Positions 25,425 through 26,591 of a stretch of 26,591 bases of DNA are shown here, piece by piece. The first letter of the stretch is position 1. Each line of letters begins with the position of its first letter. The notes beneath the pieces are model-generated. The model worked only from the letters and a program-made list of their open reading frames with translations. It was not told the origin of the DNA and searched no databases. A program made the position numbers and the translations under genes. The stretch spans positions 1 to 26,591 of the forward strand of contig CAZEXZ010000001.1 in assembly GCA_964516655.1 (NCBI GenBank), written 5' to 3'. The stretch comes from an uncultured Candidatus Saccharibacteria bacterium. GTDB lineage: Bacteria > Patescibacteriota > Minisyncoccia > Phycocordibacterales > UBA5272.

Positions 25425-26591
25425 CTAGTGTGTGAAAAGCGATCTAAAGAAGGAGGCTAACCGAGTATCTTTTTTTACTGTCGTTTGAAGTACTGTTGAT
25501 GAAGATGTTGATAAGGGCCCCATCTTTGATGCAACGTTGGGGGTAACTTTTGTATTTAAATGTACATTATTGACGGTCGCTTTTTGTAAGGTCACCTGCT
25601 TTGGTGCGACAGTTGCCTTCTGTATTGTAGTAGTTGATACAACTGGCTCAATTTGTTGTGTAACTCGAAGCACTTCATCCATATTTTGAAAAAGCAATTT
25701 TATAATAGTGCTTGAAGAAAATGTTGTGCTCGCAAAACCAAGTGCACTCCCTGGGAATCGCGTCACCCCATTTGAAAGAATTGTGTTTTTAGGAAATGAA
25801 AATAACACACCATCAATTGAAAGCTTCCACAAGGAAAGATCTAATTCGTAGTTATTTGGATTAGTAATATCAATAAATAAACCATATTTACCCTTTTTGA
25901 TTGAAGACAGTATTACTTCTGGAGACACAACACGTACAGTCATCTTTGCAGTACCAGCAATTAAACCGTTAGTGCCCTCAACTAAAACAATGTACCTCCC
26001 TGGATACAGAAACCTATACAGCGTGGAACTACCTGTGCCTTGCCCGCCATCTCCAAATGCCCATGTATACGACATATTATTAATGGGTAAACCTGAGTGT
26101 GTGGTACTAAAAACATTAAATGGTGCAGGGGCGCCAGCTACAACCGTTTTTTCATCAGGAAGATACAGTGTAATATCAGCAAGTGGTGGAGAAGACTGGA
26201 TAAAAGTTGTTTGATTGCCTGTTTGAGAAATTGTCGTTGGCGCTTCATCTTCAGATACAAGTGCTTTATTTTCTTCTCCGGGAGTTGGAAAAACACTGCT
26301 ATAGCTCCCTGCGATGAGTGAGTAGGAAAAACCCTCTTTTGCAGCAGTGTACGATGAGAGTAAGCTCACTGAGCTGCCTTGTAATCGAATTTCAAGCGAT
26401 GCCACCCCTGTATTAACTAAATTCATCGTACTTTTAAATAGCGGCCCTGTGTACGACGGAAAATCCTGTGTAAATCGTGTCACACCACTTACTGTTGAGC
26501 CAATAATTGCATATCCATGCGCAGCAATAGTAGCACCACCTGAAACTGGTGTTATAGGTACAAAAGTGCCACCTTTAACTGAAAGAGTAAG
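25425..26591 (-). CDS. surface/secreted protein with lamin-tail-like and PKD domains (5' end outside the window)
   Basis: The frame stays open from the track's GTG 26483 to the window edge (LTLSVKGGTFVPITPVSGGATIAAHGYAII...). PKD motif YTWAFGDG...YPGRYIV; lamin-tail-like FIDITNPNNYELDLSLWKL...FSFPKNTIL; Ser/Thr-rich tail. Confidence 0.72.
   Translation of the reverse strand, partial: LTLSVKGGTFVPITPVSGGATIAAHGYAIIGSTVSGVTRFTQDFPSYTGPLFKSTMNLVNTGVASLEIRLQGSSVSLLSSYTAAKEGFSYSLIAGSYSSVFPTPGEENKALVSEDEAPTTISQTGNQTTFIQSSPPLADITLYLPDEKTVVAGAPAPFNVFSTTHSGLPINNMSYTWAFGDGGQGTGSSTLYRFLYPGRYIVLVEGTNGLIAGTAKMTVRVVSPEVILSSIKKGKYGLFIDITNPNNYELDLSLWKLSIDGVLFSFPKNTILSNGVTRFPGSALGFASTTFSSSTIIKLLFQNMDEVLRVTQQIEPVVSTTTIQKATVAPKQVTLQKATVNNVHLNTKVTPNVASKMGPLSTSSSTVLQTTVKKDTRLASFFRSLFTH

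Noticed and set aside
1875-26321. Other short (60-115 aa) track ORFs nested in or antisense to the called genes, e.g. 2904, 6924, 8635, 11959, 19637, 25897
   Set aside because: All lie within motif-supported CDSs and resemble no known family.
1-26591. CRISPR arrays, IS elements/transposases, tRNA/rRNA, prophage or defence genes
   Set aside because: No periodic repeats, terminal inverted repeats, RNA-gene signatures or matching motifs seen; intergenic spaces are at most about 225 nt.

Overview
A 26.6 kb AT-rich bacterial cell-surface glycan biosynthesis locus of about 26 genes. Both flanking genes run off the window, and the ORF track misses or truncates them: an O-antigen-ligase/Wzy_C-like membrane protein (<1..1688, minus) and a lamin-tail/PKD-type surface protein (25425..>26591, minus). 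Between them are a Wzx flippase, glycosyltransferases (GT32-like, GT2, two GT11, exostosin-like, GT-D-like, WavE family), five intact SAM methyltransferases, gmd-fcl (GDP-L-fucose), an RmlB-like dehydratase with a DegT-family aminotransferase, another SDR epimerase and an HD-domain protein. The standout is a six-gene module of unassigned chemistry (HAD phosphatase, cupin, GDPD-like protein, two paralogous nucleotidyltransferase-fold proteins, WavE), preceded by a frameshifted nucleotidyltransferase/FkbM chimeric remnant. The strand switches 12 times, and many starts have a -10 box 4-15 nt upstream and no Shine-Dalgarno. The flanking gene types and lack of SD suggest Patescibacteria (Parcubacteria); this is inference. 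No rRNA, tRNA, CRISPR array or mobile element was seen. All family calls come from motif recognition by eye, not database searches.
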